IMG/VR virus record: IMGVR_UViG_3300029848_000009
Reading direction: 5' to 3' (one strand)
Source: a virus
DNA length: 56,146 bases
In this document: one piece after another, positions 27,430-36,653 of the stretch
Position numbering within the stretch: position 1 is the stretch's first letter
Layout: every line of letters starts with the position of its first letter
Notes under the pieces: model-generated
What the model was told of the DNA's origin: nothing
Databases searched by the model: none
What the model saw: the letters and a program-made list of their open reading frames with translations, nothing else
Made by a program: the position numbers and the translations under genes

Positions 27430-28742
27430 CAGAAGCGGAGTTCGGAGTGATCGGGTGCGTACTGATTGACAATGATGTGCTAAATAGCATCTGGCGAACA
27501 CTGAAACCGGAAATGTTTAGTTCGGATTTCGCACAGGACACATACAAGGAAATGCTTGCCATGTATGACCGGAATGAAAGCATTGACCCAATGTCTTTAT
27601 CAATGGCACTTGAGAATCACAAATACACACAGGAACAGATTAGCGAATTGATGAAATCCTGTATTACCGGAACAATCACTTCAACCATGGTTAAAAGTTA
27701 TGCCGATGCGGTTGCGAAAGAATACAAAGCAAGAACGGTTCGTGACATGTATCAGAAATCCAGTTTAAAACCATGCGACATTGATGATACAATCAGCGAT
27801 CTTCTTACAAGACTTGAACATTTGCAAGAGGGGAAAGAAGTAAAGCTAAAACCAATTAAGCAGATTTCAGTTGAGAATAAAGACAAATATTTTAACGAAA
27901 GTGTTGGAGAGGGCGGTATAAAAATCGGGTTATCGCAACTTGATGATGCGCTTGGAGACCTTGAACGCGGTGATGTAACAGTAATTGCCGCAAGACCGGC
28001 AGTTGGAAAATCCGCACTCACAACGCAAATCATTGGGAATATGGCAAAAAAAGGACTTAAAGTCGCATATTTCAACTTGGAGATGATCGATAAACAGGTG
28101 TATGAACGATTTATTTCAAGGCTTGCGGAAATCGGTTTAACGAGAATCAGAAGGGCAAAAGCGTTTCTTGGCGATGAACAGGAAAAATTTAACCGAGCAA
28201 ATGAAGAAATGAGCAACTATCAATTATGGGTTGCGTCCGGCACTGTATCTCCGAGAGAGATAAAGTCGGAATGCAGGCACCAAAACTTTGACGTTATTGT
28301 TGTTGACTATCTGCAATTGCTTATGCCAGATAACAGATATTCCGGAAGAAATGAAGAAGTAGCATCAATTTCAAGAGGTTTAAAATCGGTTGCAAGAGAC
28401 TTAAATACACATGTAATAGCACTTTCGCAGATAACAAGGGCTTCCGAAAGCAGAGACACAAAAGAACCTAGCATGGCAGAGTTGAGAGAATCCGGAGCAA
28501 TCGAACAGGACGCGTCAAACATAATTATGCTGTGGAATCTGTCAAATAATGACAAGGGAGCCAAGGGTGTAAAAATCGAGAAGAACAGACAGGGAATGAC
28601 AATGCGTGAAGCAATGGAGTTTGATGGAGATCACATGAAGTTTGTTGAAATCGAAAAACCGCTTGATGATGTTGTTGCGGAAATAAAAAAGAAAGAACGT
28701 GGGGACGGATTCAAGCCATACAATGGTAATTGTCCATTTTAG
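27426..28742 (+). CDS. dnaB: Replicative DNA helicase DnaB
   Basis: Walker A is ARPAVGKSALT. VVDYLQLL is Walker B. ALSQITRASE, RESGAIEQDAS and the arginine-finger region are present. About 438 aa. Confidence 0.9.
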   Translation: MTEAEFGVIGCVLIDNDVLNSIWRTLKPEMFSSDFAQDTYKEMLAMYDRNESIDPMSLSMALENHKYTQEQISELMKSCITGTITSTMVKSYADAVAKEYKARTVRDMYQKSSLKPCDIDDTISDLLTRLEHLQEGKEVKLKPIKQISVENKDKYFNESVGEGGIKIGLSQLDDALGDLERGDVTVIAARPAVGKSALTTQIIGNMAKKGLKVAYFNLEMIDKQVYERFISRLAEIGLTRIRRAKAFLGDEQEKFNRANEEMSNYQLWVASGTVSPREIKSECRHQNFDVIVVDYLQLLMPDNRYSGRNEEVASISRGLKSVARDLNTHVIALSQITRASESRDTKEPSMAELRESGAIEQDASNIIMLWNLSNNDKGAKGVKIEKNRQGMTMREAMEFDGDHMKFVEIEKPLDDVVAEIKKKERGDGFKPYNGNCPF

Positions 28743-28753
28743 AGGTAGTGGCT

Positions 28754-28999
28754 ATGGCAAGTGCAAAGATTGAAAAGGGTTCGGAAGAATGGCAAGTATT
28801 TATGGATTATTGGCAATTCATTCAGAAATACTATTCACCGGACAACACTGATTCTTGGTGGGATGAAGTTGTAAAAGCCGGAGAATCATTGATAAACAAA
28901 TACAAAGGCATGGAGATTGAAGAGCGTGCAAGACAGCTTGTATTGAGTCATTTTGCATGGTTGGAAATCACATACAGAAAGGAGAAATCAAAGAAATGA
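28754..28999 (+). CDS. Hypothetical protein
   Basis: ATG 28754 after GAGGTAGTGG. Confidence 0.5.
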   Translation: MASAKIEKGSEEWQVFMDYWQFIQKYYSPDNTDSWWDEVVKAGESLINKYKGMEIEERARQLVLSHFAWLEITYRKEKSKK

Positions 29000-29592
29000 G
29001 CAATGCGTTGAGACGGAATAAAAAGCCAACATTTTACACAAAACAGGAAATGCGGATTATCGGGAAAAATGATTTTGAAAAGCGCAATGCTGATAAGGTT
29101 GTAACAAAATCATACAAAGATTTTGTCGTGATTGGGTACATAATTCTGCATGACAAATTCGGATTCGGACAGGCAAGAATCATCCGGTTGCAGGATTTTT
29201 TGAAATCCTACTTAGATGAAGCAGCATCCGGTGGAAATACCGGAAAGGACTTGTCTGTTTACCTGAAAAGTAAATACGGAATCGACATCAAAGAAGAAGT
29301 CGGAAAAATTCCACAGAGACAGTTAATGAACCTGTATGCAAAGAAAGGTTTCTGTATCGAGCGTGAAGCCTACAGGCTTTCCAGTGCATCGTTGTTTAAC
29401 TATTTTGCACTGACACTTACGATTCTGAAAAAGGAGTTTAGGATAACAGCGAAACAGTTGCAATATTTCACGGACAAATTTATTGACTACATCGACACAT
29501 TGGCTAATTACAAGCAGTTCCAGTTGACGGTGCCGATGATAGCACAGAGTTTGGCGGATGAGATTAAGTTTGTATGCGATTTGGAGGTTTAA
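28996..29592 (+). CDS. Hypothetical protein
   Basis: ATG 28996 after AAAGGAGAAA, with ATGA-type overlap. Confidence 0.5.
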   Translation: MSNALRRNKKPTFYTKQEMRIIGKNDFEKRNADKVVTKSYKDFVVIGYIILHDKFGFGQARIIRLQDFLKSYLDEAASGGNTGKDLSVYLKSKYGIDIKEEVGKIPQRQLMNLYAKKGFCIEREAYRLSSASLFNYFALTLTILKKEFRITAKQLQYFTDKFIDYIDTLANYKQFQLTVPMIAQSLADEIKFVCDLEV

Positions 29593-29593
29593 T

Positions 29594-29992
29594 ATGACGA
29601 ATAAAGAAAAATATGGGAATGAGATTATAGAACTTGCGGTAAACACAGGAAAGTTAGTATTAAAAAATGGAGAGCCTGCACTTTGCAGAGAAACTAAATG
29701 TGAAGAGTGTGATTTTTATGGGTTGGATTCGTGCAAAGGAAGTACGTATAATTTCCGTGAATGGCTTAATTCAGAATATGTTGAGCCACCTGTTGATTGG
29801 ACTAAAGTTCCGGTCGATACGCCGATTTTGGTAAGAAATAGCGAAAAAAATTCGTGGGAAAAAAGATATTTTGCAAAATACGAGAACGGAATAGTGTACG
29901 CATGGGGATACGGAGCAACATCTTGGAGTGCGCGCGGAAGTGGCGATATAAGCGATTGGAAAATGGCAAAGCTGGCAGAAAGTGAGGGATAG
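29594..29992 (+). CDS. Hypothetical protein
   Basis: ATG 29594 after GGAGGTTTAAT. Confidence 0.5.
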   Translation: MTNKEKYGNEIIELAVNTGKLVLKNGEPALCRETKCEECDFYGLDSCKGSTYNFREWLNSEYVEPPVDWTKVPVDTPILVRNSEKNSWEKRYFAKYENGIVYAWGYGATSWSARGSGDISDWKMAKLAESEG

Positions 29993-29994
29993 TC

Positions 29995-30474
29995 ATGGAG
30001 AGATTAACAGAACGGACAGCGGATGGAATCTTAGTAAAAGAGAATTACGAGAAAGAATCCTTAAAAACCTTGTATTCGTGCTATGGCGAAAAGCCTAATT
30101 CATATTATTCCAATTGTGAAGAAGGTTATTGCGCAATGGAGAAGTTAGCGGATTACGAGGATGCAGAGGGACAGGGCAGAATGATTATTTTTCCATGTAA
30201 CAAAGGAGATAAACTCTATGAATTTTATCGCGAATGTGTAGAATGCAGATTAGAAGCCGGAGAGAAACCGGAAGATATTATCAGCACGAGGAGAGTTCGT
30301 TATTTTGGGTATGATGGAGATGAAGCATACATTTACGCGTCACAAGCATTACCGGTTCGACTTTTTAATAACGATGAGCCATTTTGTATTCCGGTAAGTG
30401 AGATAGGTAAAACAGTATTTCTCACAAAATCCGAAGCCGAAGCCAAGCTGAAAGAAATGGAGAAAAATCAATGA
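29995..30474 (+). CDS. Hypothetical protein
   Basis: 159-aa ORF after GAGGGATAGTC. Confidence 0.5.
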   Translation: MERLTERTADGILVKENYEKESLKTLYSCYGEKPNSYYSNCEEGYCAMEKLADYEDAEGQGRMIIFPCNKGDKLYEFYRECVECRLEAGEKPEDIISTRRVRYFGYDGDEAYIYASQALPVRLFNNDEPFCIPVSEIGKTVFLTKSEAEAKLKEMEKNQ

Positions 30475-30653
30475 TTAAAGGAAAGAAAGTAGTAATGAAC
30501 GACAAATACTATGTGTCAGAGAAAAATAAAGGCAAGATTTTTGAAGTTACAAGTGAGCCGTATAGTGTATGCGGAACCGTAGTTGTAAAGCTGAAAGGCT
30601 TAAGCGGCTGTTATGCGTTGGATGGATTAGATGAGGTGAAGGATGGAAGATAG
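30471..30653 (+). CDS. Hypothetical small protein
   Basis: 60-aa ORF with ATGA overlap. Confidence 0.45.
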   Translation: MIKGKKVVMNDKYYVSEKNKGKIFEVTSEPYSVCGTVVVKLKGLSGCYALDGLDEVKDGR

Positions 30654-31059
30654 ATTTTTATTCCGTGGAAAGCGGATTGATAACGGCGAATGGATTGTTG
30701 GGAGTCTGATTGTTGATAAACATCAGCATATTGAGACGGGAGAACAAATTGAAATTATAGGGATATATCCTAGTGAGTATAAGGATTTTTCAAAAAGGAT
30801 AGACCCATCCACTATCTGCCAGTGCACCGGACTTAAGGACAAGAACGGCAAGCTGATTTTTGAGAATGATATTCTCTCAGGGCATATCGACGTTGAGTTT
30901 CCAGAAGATGAGACGAGAAAGCGTGTCGTGTGGCATAAAAACGGATGGTGCACGAATGAGCCGGGCTGTGATGACTATGAGGAACTGGATGATTTTGATT
31001 CAGAGAATTTTGAAGTGATCGGCAACATGATTGACAACCCGGAGTTGTTGGAGGTGTAG
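30643..31059 (+). CDS. YopX-family protein
   Basis: FRGKRIDNGEWIVGSL...CQCTGLKDKNGKLIFENDIL is the typical YopX pattern. Confidence 0.65.
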   Translation: MEDRFLFRGKRIDNGEWIVGSLIVDKHQHIETGEQIEIIGIYPSEYKDFSKRIDPSTICQCTGLKDKNGKLIFENDILSGHIDVEFPEDETRKRVVWHKNGWCTNEPGCDDYEELDDFDSENFEVIGNMIDNPELLEV

Positions 31060-31061
31060 GA

Positions 31062-31244
31062 ATGAGTAACAACACAAATATAGTAATATCACAGGCTTTA
31101 ATGATGAGAATTAAAAATTATGCAGAAAGAGCATTGGATAGAAAAGATGTAACAGTTGATATAGCTATGGCTGAAATACGCTGTACGGTTGACGCTTATG
31201 ACGAATATTTTCATACAGGCAGACTGCCAGTAAGAAAGGAGTAG
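31062..31244 (+). CDS. Hypothetical small protein
   Basis: 60-aa ORF after GGAGGTGTAGGA. Confidence 0.45.
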   Translation: MSNNTNIVISQALMMRIKNYAERALDRKDVTVDIAMAEIRCTVDAYDEYFHTGRLPVRKE

Positions 31245-31246
31245 CC

Positions 31247-31750
31247 ATGACAGAGAATGAAGCAATCGAAAAAATCAAGTACCGGATGCATACGGCGGAG
31301 CATGTAGCCGGGGAATGCGGAATGGAAGATCTGGAAATGGCGATAAAGGCACTGGAAGAGGTGCAGCGCTGGCACACATCAGAAATCAACCCTAATATTA
31401 AAAACGAATTTGCAAACACCTCTACACAGATCTGCCACAACTGCGACCACAAAGATGAATACATCGAGGAACTGGAAGCAGAAGTGGAAGAGTACCGCAC
31501 AATCGGTACACCGGAAGAATTGCAGGAGATGAAGAAAGATTTTGCTGAAGCGTTAAGCGACTGGCGGCAATATCGTAAGGTTGGAACTTTAGAAGAATGC
31601 CGGGCGGCTGTGGAGAAACAGACAGCGAAGCGACCGAGAATAATGGGAAACGCAATGATTTGTCCATCATGCCCGAGATGCTTTAAAAGTGATAATTCCG
31701 CCTATTGCCCAAGTTGCGGTCAAAAGCTGAAATGGGAGGATGAAGAATGA
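31247..31750 (+). CDS. Hypothetical protein with C-terminal zinc ribbon
   Basis: CPSCPRC...CPSCG at the C-terminus. Confidence 0.5.
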   Translation: MTENEAIEKIKYRMHTAEHVAGECGMEDLEMAIKALEEVQRWHTSEINPNIKNEFANTSTQICHNCDHKDEYIEELEAEVEEYRTIGTPEELQEMKKDFAEALSDWRQYRKVGTLEECRAAVEKQTAKRPRIMGNAMICPSCPRCFKSDNSAYCPSCGQKLKWEDEE

Positions 31751-31998
31751 ATGAAGAACTTAAACCATGCCCGTTCTGCGGCGGAAAAGCAATGTTCTTT
31801 ACCATTGTAAATAAGTCATCACATTCGGATGTTGGAGTAATGTTCAAAATCAAATGTATGAAATGCGGAACAGAACTTCCAAAAAGCTATGAATGTGAGA
31901 TGTATATGGATCAGGACGGTGGAATCAGAACAGGAAAAGACGAGCGAACAAAAGCAACTACAGATTGGAACAGGAGGGCAAACAATGAGACTGATTGA
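31747..31998 (+). CDS. Lar-family (restriction alleviation-like) zinc-ribbon protein
   Basis: LKPCPFCGGKA...KCMKCG...DWNRRA pattern. Confidence 0.55.
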   Translation: MNEELKPCPFCGGKAMFFTIVNKSSHSDVGVMFKIKCMKCGTELPKSYECEMYMDQDGGIRTGKDERTKATTDWNRRANNETD

Positions 31999-32293
31999 TG
32001 CGGATGCACTAAAGAAAGATTTAAAATCGGTTACTTTAAGCAATGGAACTTTAGTAAACACAAATGCAGTATTGTATTTACTAGAAGAATATCCGACGGC
32101 TTATGATGTAGACAAGGTTGTGGAACAGTTGGGAAAATTAAAGAAAGCAGAGCAGGACAGACCAGATGATTGCGACGAGGACGGATGCGGAGACGGCGAA
32201 CAGATCTACGATGACGGGAGAAGTCAGGGAAGATATGAAGCATTTGGCAAAGCAATCCAGATTGTGAAAGGCGGTGGAGTAGATGGCAATTAA
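31985..32293 (+). CDS. Hypothetical protein
   Basis: ATG 31985 (MRLIDADALKKDL...), same frame as track ORF 31889-32293. Confidence 0.5.
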   Translation: MRLIDADALKKDLKSVTLSNGTLVNTNAVLYLLEEYPTAYDVDKVVEQLGKLKKAEQDRPDDCDEDGCGDGEQIYDDGRSQGRYEAFGKAIQIVKGGGVDGN

Positions 32294-32888
32294 ACCGATT
32301 TTATTCAATACCGAGATGGTTCGGGCAATTCTGGACGGACGGAAGACCTGCACTAGGCGAGTTATCGAATTGCCGGAAAATATGGATGGTGTACCGGTTG
32401 GCAAAAGCGGAGATAGCAGTAATCCGCTTGGGTTCATGTATCCTGGTGGTATTAAAAGACCGCCATATCAGCCGGGAGATATCCTCTACGTTCGGGAAAC
32501 ATGGTGTGCGCTTCCGGTAAATGAAGCCGGTCATATGCGTGGTCACTCTATTTATTATTATAGAGCTGATGGAGATCTGCGACCGGAAGGATGGCGTGGT
32601 AAGTGGCGCCCGTCCATTCACATGCCGAAAGAAGCGGCACGTATCTGGCTCCGGGTTACGGATGTGAGGGTGGAGCGGTTGCAGGATATTGACGGAAAAG
32701 GGTGTGTGAAAGAAGGAATTGAAGAAGAACATTTAAAATACGTCGGAGACGAGTTCGTAAAAGGTATGTTTCATGACCTTTGGGATTCAACCATCAAGAA
32801 ATCTGATCTTGATCGTTACAGTTGGGATGCAAACCCGTGGGTATGGGTGATTGAATTTGAGATGTGCGAGAAACCGGAAGGAGTGTGA
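32283..32888 (+). CDS. Conserved phage protein (ASCH-like)
   Basis: KPILFNTEMVRAILDGRKTCTRRV...PGDILYVRETW is a recurrent prophage motif. Confidence 0.45.
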   Translation: MAIKPILFNTEMVRAILDGRKTCTRRVIELPENMDGVPVGKSGDSSNPLGFMYPGGIKRPPYQPGDILYVRETWCALPVNEAGHMRGHSIYYYRADGDLRPEGWRGKWRPSIHMPKEAARIWLRVTDVRVERLQDIDGKGCVKEGIEEEHLKYVGDEFVKGMFHDLWDSTIKKSDLDRYSWDANPWVWVIEFEMCEKPEGV

Positions 32889-32891
32889 GGT

Positions 32892-32996
32892 ATGAGTAAA
32901 AGCAGAGCCAGTAAAATGAACGGCTATCGTAGCATGGTAAGCCGGCAGAAAAATGATGTTTTTAAGTTTAAGTCTAAGAAGAAAAAGAAAGGGTGA
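32892..32996 (+). CDS. Small basic protein (34 aa)
   Basis: MSKSRASKMNGYRSMVSRQKNDVFKFKSKKKKKG, after GTGAGGT. Confidence 0.3.
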   Translation: MSKSRASKMNGYRSMVSRQKNDVFKFKSKKKKKG

Positions 32997-33002
32997 TACA
33001 GA

Positions 33003-33206
33003 ATGAAGATTTTAAGCAAGAAGAAATGTGAAGAAATATTAAAAAGAATTACTGCAAATGAAATTATTCAGACTGAATATGGACTGCACGACATGGAAGC
33101 AGAAACAAAAGCGACAGAAAATAGAGCAGAAATAGCTTTTATTGTCGGTGGAATTAAGGGAATGGATAAGGTGCAGAATACATTAAGAAAAAGATATAAC
33201 AACTAA
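33003..33206 (+). CDS. Hypothetical protein
   Basis: 67-aa ORF. Confidence 0.45.
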   Translation: MKILSKKKCEEILKRITANEIIQTEYGLHDMEAETKATENRAEIAFIVGGIKGMDKVQNTLRKRYNN

Positions 33207-33230
33207 CCGAAAATCAAAGAAAGGAATAGG

Positions 33231-33956
33231 TTGTGCGCACATAAAACCGGGTTTCCTTTTGGTAGATTTAGAATGAAAGTACATTGTTTATTTGAACAGT
33301 CAGGAACATTCAAGAATGCTTTCAAGAAGTATGGGATTGAAGCCTACGACTATGATATTCAGAATGAATTTAACGAAACCGACTATGTTACTGACCTTTT
33401 TGAAGAGATTGATAGGGGGTATCAAGGCGAGCCAAGTTTGTTTGATAAGATAAGTACTGATGATTTGATATTTGCATTTTTCCCTTGCACTAGGTTTGAA
33501 GCACAAATACTTTTATCCTTTCGGGGTCAGCAAAAACAAGATAAGAATATGACCTTGTTGGATAAGTTAGAAAGAGATTTGCGACTTCATACAGAGTTAC
33601 ATCGTAACTATCTATTAGTTACTAAACTTGCAATAATTTGCGAAAGAAAAGGATTGAGAATGGTTTTGGAAAATCCGGCTGGAGAACAACATTATCTTAC
33701 CAAGTATTGGTGCGTTAAACCGAAAGTAATTGATAAAAACCGAAGAGAGAATGGAGATTACTTTAAGAAACCTACTCAATTTTGGTTTTTCAATTTTGAA
33801 CCGAAATTCAATTTTATTTTTGAAGCGTTGGATTGGGTTAAACCTAAAACTTGGAGTGGTTTATCGCAAACAGAACGCAGTATGATACACCCACAGTACG
33901 CAGATAGATTTATCAGACAATATATTCTCGATGAAGAAATATGGAGAAAACAATAG
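33231..33956 (+). CDS. Divergent C5-cytosine-methyltransferase-like protein
   Basis: CLFEQSGTF sits at the motif I position, FFPCTRFE resembles motif IV (PC), and VLENPAG resembles motif VI (ENV). The start is uncertain (TTG 33231 or ATG 33264). Confidence 0.4.
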   Translation: MCAHKTGFPFGRFRMKVHCLFEQSGTFKNAFKKYGIEAYDYDIQNEFNETDYVTDLFEEIDRGYQGEPSLFDKISTDDLIFAFFPCTRFEAQILLSFRGQQKQDKNMTLLDKLERDLRLHTELHRNYLLVTKLAIICERKGLRMVLENPAGEQHYLTKYWCVKPKVIDKNRRENGDYFKKPTQFWFFNFEPKFNFIFEALDWVKPKTWSGLSQTERSMIHPQYADRFIRQYILDEEIWRKQ

Positions 33957-34039
33957 TTTTATAGATTTTATCAATTATTATTAGATTTTCCACATTAAAA
34001 AATCTAAATATCAACCAATAAAATAAGGAGAAATGGCTT

Positions 34040-34267
34040 ATGAAATTTACAAAATTCATTAAGCCAGAACTTGAATACATTAAAGAAAATGCCAATTTCA
34101 CGGAAGAAGAGGAGAGGATTTTCTCTCTTCTCTGCCGTGGTTTTTCACAAAAGCAAATATCCACAAAAGAAAATCTATCACTAAGAACGATAGAGTACAG
34201 AGTGAGAGATATAAAAGATAAAATAGAAAGAACGGGGGTATTTGATTGGATGAAAAAGAACTGTTGA
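34040..34267 (+). CDS. Small LuxR/GerE-type HTH regulator (75 aa)
   Basis: FTEEEERIFSLLCRGFSQKQISTKENLSLRTIEYRVRDIKDKI fits the LuxR/GerE HTH pattern. Confidence 0.6.
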   Translation: MKFTKFIKPELEYIKENANFTEEEERIFSLLCRGFSQKQISTKENLSLRTIEYRVRDIKDKIERTGVFDWMKKNC

Positions 34268-35442
34268 AATATGCCGTTGATAGTGGTATTCTCGACATAG
34301 CACTTGTGCAGAAACAAGTCACTATGCAAAAGAGAGAAAAATTACTCAACAAAAATCCCTATAAAATCTATCAAGGAAAGGATGAGAACTGGTACTCATA
34401 TCTGCCGGATGAAGTTAAAGGCAGACGTAAAATCAAGGCAAAGCGTAGAGAAGCGGTCGAGCAGAAAATCATTGATTATTGGAAAGAGAGAGAGGATGAC
34501 CCTACAGTAGAGGAAATCTTCAATCGTTGGATTTCACAAAAGCTGGAACTTGAAGAAATCAGCAGGGCAACCTATGACAGATACTTAATGGACTTTCAGA
34601 GATACTTTGACGGTATCAAAGATAAGAAAATCAAAAGAATAGACGAATGCGACCTTGAAACGTTTATACGAAACAGCATCCATGATTTCAACATGACTTC
34701 CAAGGCATTCTCAAACTTCCGAACGCTGATTTATGGAATCTTTAAGTATGCCAAGCGGAAGAAGTATGTCAAGTTTTCCATTACATACACGCTGAAAGAC
34801 ATGGACATATCGCCAAAAGCGTTTAAGCACGTAGTCCGACAGGCAAAAGACCAAGTATATATGCCGGATGAAAAGGAGCGCATGGAGATGTATCTTAGGA
34901 ATCACTTAGATATCGTGAACCTTGGATTGTTATTCATGTTTAAGACAGGGGTTCGTGTCGGGGAATTGTCGGCATTAAAGCGGAAAGATGTTGAAAACTA
35001 CACGGTTGCTATCAATTCTACAGAAACACGCTATCGGGATGATGATGGTTTTCACTATGAGGTCAAAGATTTTCCGAAATCAGAAGCCGGATTGCGATTT
35101 GCAATATTGCCAGATAAGTACAAATGGATTCTTGATGAAGTACGAAAGAGAAATCCCTTCGGGGAATATCTATTTGAGAGAGATGGAGAACGGTTGAAAT
35201 CCTACAACTTTCGTGAACGTTTGCGGTACATCTGTGAACACGAACTGCGAATGAAAGTGAAATCTCCGCACAAAATCCGAAAGACGTATGGAAGTATCTT
35301 GCTTGACGGAAAAGTGAAAGAGTCCACAATCCTTGATACTATGGGGCATACAGACATTAGTTGCACAAAAGATCATTATTATTTTGATCGTACCGGAATT
35401 GAGGAAAAGAGACAGGAACTTGACTTAATCGAAGCATTATGA
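34246..35442 (+). CDS. int: Tyrosine integrase
   Basis: C-terminal catalytic pattern: GVRVGEL...HKIRKTYGSILL...LGHTDISCTKDHYYF (R..HxxR..Y). attP-like region lies immediately downstream. Confidence 0.85.
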   Translation: MDEKELLKYAVDSGILDIALVQKQVTMQKREKLLNKNPYKIYQGKDENWYSYLPDEVKGRRKIKAKRREAVEQKIIDYWKEREDDPTVEEIFNRWISQKLELEEISRATYDRYLMDFQRYFDGIKDKKIKRIDECDLETFIRNSIHDFNMTSKAFSNFRTLIYGIFKYAKRKKYVKFSITYTLKDMDISPKAFKHVVRQAKDQVYMPDEKERMEMYLRNHLDIVNLGLLFMFKTGVRVGELSALKRKDVENYTVAINSTETRYRDDDGFHYEVKDFPKSEAGLRFAILPDKYKWILDEVRKRNPFGEYLFERDGERLKSYNFRERLRYICEHELRMKVKSPHKIRKTYGSILLDGKVKESTILDTMGHTDISCTKDHYYFDRTGIEEKRQELDLIEAL

Positions 35443-35449
35443 GTCCCTA

Positions 35450-35612
35450 GTACTCAAAGGTACTCAAAGAAAAATTGATAGAATGGCTATTTTAAGCCAT
35501 TTCAAGGCAATTACTCTAGGGTTCGATTCTCGTACGGACTGTTTTTAAAGTCGCATAAACACTGTGTTTGCGGCGTCTTAAAAAACTTTGGTACTCAAAA
35601 TGGTACTCAAAA
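35450..35612 (+). mobile_element. attP region: tRNA 3'-end-like core flanked by two pairs of GTACTCAAA(G/A) arm-type repeats
   Basis: GTACTCAAAG at 35450 and 35460. GTACTCAAAA at 35591 and 35603. Core GGGTTCGATTCTCGTACGGACT at 35519-35540. Palindrome ATGGCTattttaAGCCAT at 35483-35500. Confidence 0.6.
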
Positions 35613-35677
35613 ATTGAACACAAAAGAAAGGAGTCTGCGCAAGTGCTTTAGATTCTTTTCTGAAAATGGTAGACTTG

Positions 35678-35701
35678 GAACGCTTGGGGCGTTCTTTTTT
35701 T
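35678..35701 (+). terminator. Intrinsic terminator
   Basis: gaacgc ttggg gcgttc followed by ttttttt. Confidence 0.7.
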
Positions 35702-35778
35702 ATGCGGTTTTTCTGCTTATTTTTTGCGGAAGAACCGTATTTTTTTATGCAAAAATATAAGCATAGGAGGGATGCGGA

Positions 35779-35931
35779 ATGTTATTTACAGATGAAATTC
35801 TTGAAAAAATCTTAACAAGAGAAGATGTGTCAAAGGTTCCGCTTGTGTATCAGTCAGCAATGATTCACGCAATCAAGGAAGTATTGGAGGAAGAGAATGT
35901 ATCAGATGCAAAATCAGAATATGGCATTTAA
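35779..35931 (+). CDS. Small hypothetical protein (50 aa), first gene of the attP-adjacent module
   Basis: ATG 35779 after TAGGAGGGATGCGGA. Overlaps the next gene by 35 nt. Confidence 0.4.
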   Translation: MLFTDEILEKILTREDVSKVPLVYQSAMIHAIKEVLEEENVSDAKSEYGI

Positions 35932-36373
35932 CCCAAACCCAAGCTATGCCGCATATCAGTACAACCCAATGCAGAGGTTTCAACAGCCAGAGCCACAGAT
36001 TCCGCAGATGCAACCGCAGTTTCTTGGAATCCAAGGAAAAGTAGTACAGTCGGAATCGGCGATCATGGCGAATGATGTGCCTATGGATGGAAGCGTTGCG
36101 TTTTTCCCGATGCAGGACATGAGCGCAATCGTTGCAAAACAATGGGATGCCAATGGAACAATCAGAAAGACCGTTTACAAGCCTTTTAATGAGCAGATGG
36201 CAGATTCTTCGATTGATGATAAAAGAATTGAAATAGGGCTGTCTGACGATGCGACAAAGGCTATTACTGACAAATTGGATTGCTTGTTTGGAAAGATGGA
36301 AGAGTTGGAAGATAAGCTATCTTCGCAAACGCAAAGAAAATCTTCACGAACACAAAAGGAGAGTGAGTCTTAA
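35897..36373 (+). CDS. Q/N/P/M-rich protein of unknown function
   Basis: GGAGGAAGAGA RBS. N-terminus MYQMQNQNMAFNPNPSYAAYQYNPMQRFQQPEPQIPQMQPQ. Confidence 0.6.
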   Translation: MYQMQNQNMAFNPNPSYAAYQYNPMQRFQQPEPQIPQMQPQFLGIQGKVVQSESAIMANDVPMDGSVAFFPMQDMSAIVAKQWDANGTIRKTVYKPFNEQMADSSIDDKRIEIGLSDDATKAITDKLDCLFGKMEELEDKLSSQTQRKSSRTQKESES

Positions 36374-36600
36374 TGAATCCTATGCAGATGTTACAGGGAA
36401 TGAGAAACCCACAGCAGTTTTTACAACAAATGATGGGGAATAACAGCGTAATGAGCAACCCTATGGCGCGCAATGCTATGCAAATGGCGCAGAAGGGAGA
36501 TTCCAAGGGCATCGAACAGATGGCTAGGAATTTGTGCAAAGAAAAGGGAATTGACGCAGATAAGGCTTTTGAGTCGTTTAAAAGCCAATTAGGAATGTGA
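36373..36600 (+). CDS. Met/Gln-rich small protein of unknown function
   Basis: 75 aa with 12 Met and 10 Gln. TAATG overlap with the previous gene. Confidence 0.55.
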   Translation: MNPMQMLQGMRNPQQFLQQMMGNNSVMSNPMARNAMQMAQKGDSKGIEQMARNLCKEKGIDADKAFESFKSQLGM

Positions 36601-36653
36601 TACTAATTCTTGCAAGATTATGTATATAAAAATGAATTATGGAGGTAAATTCT

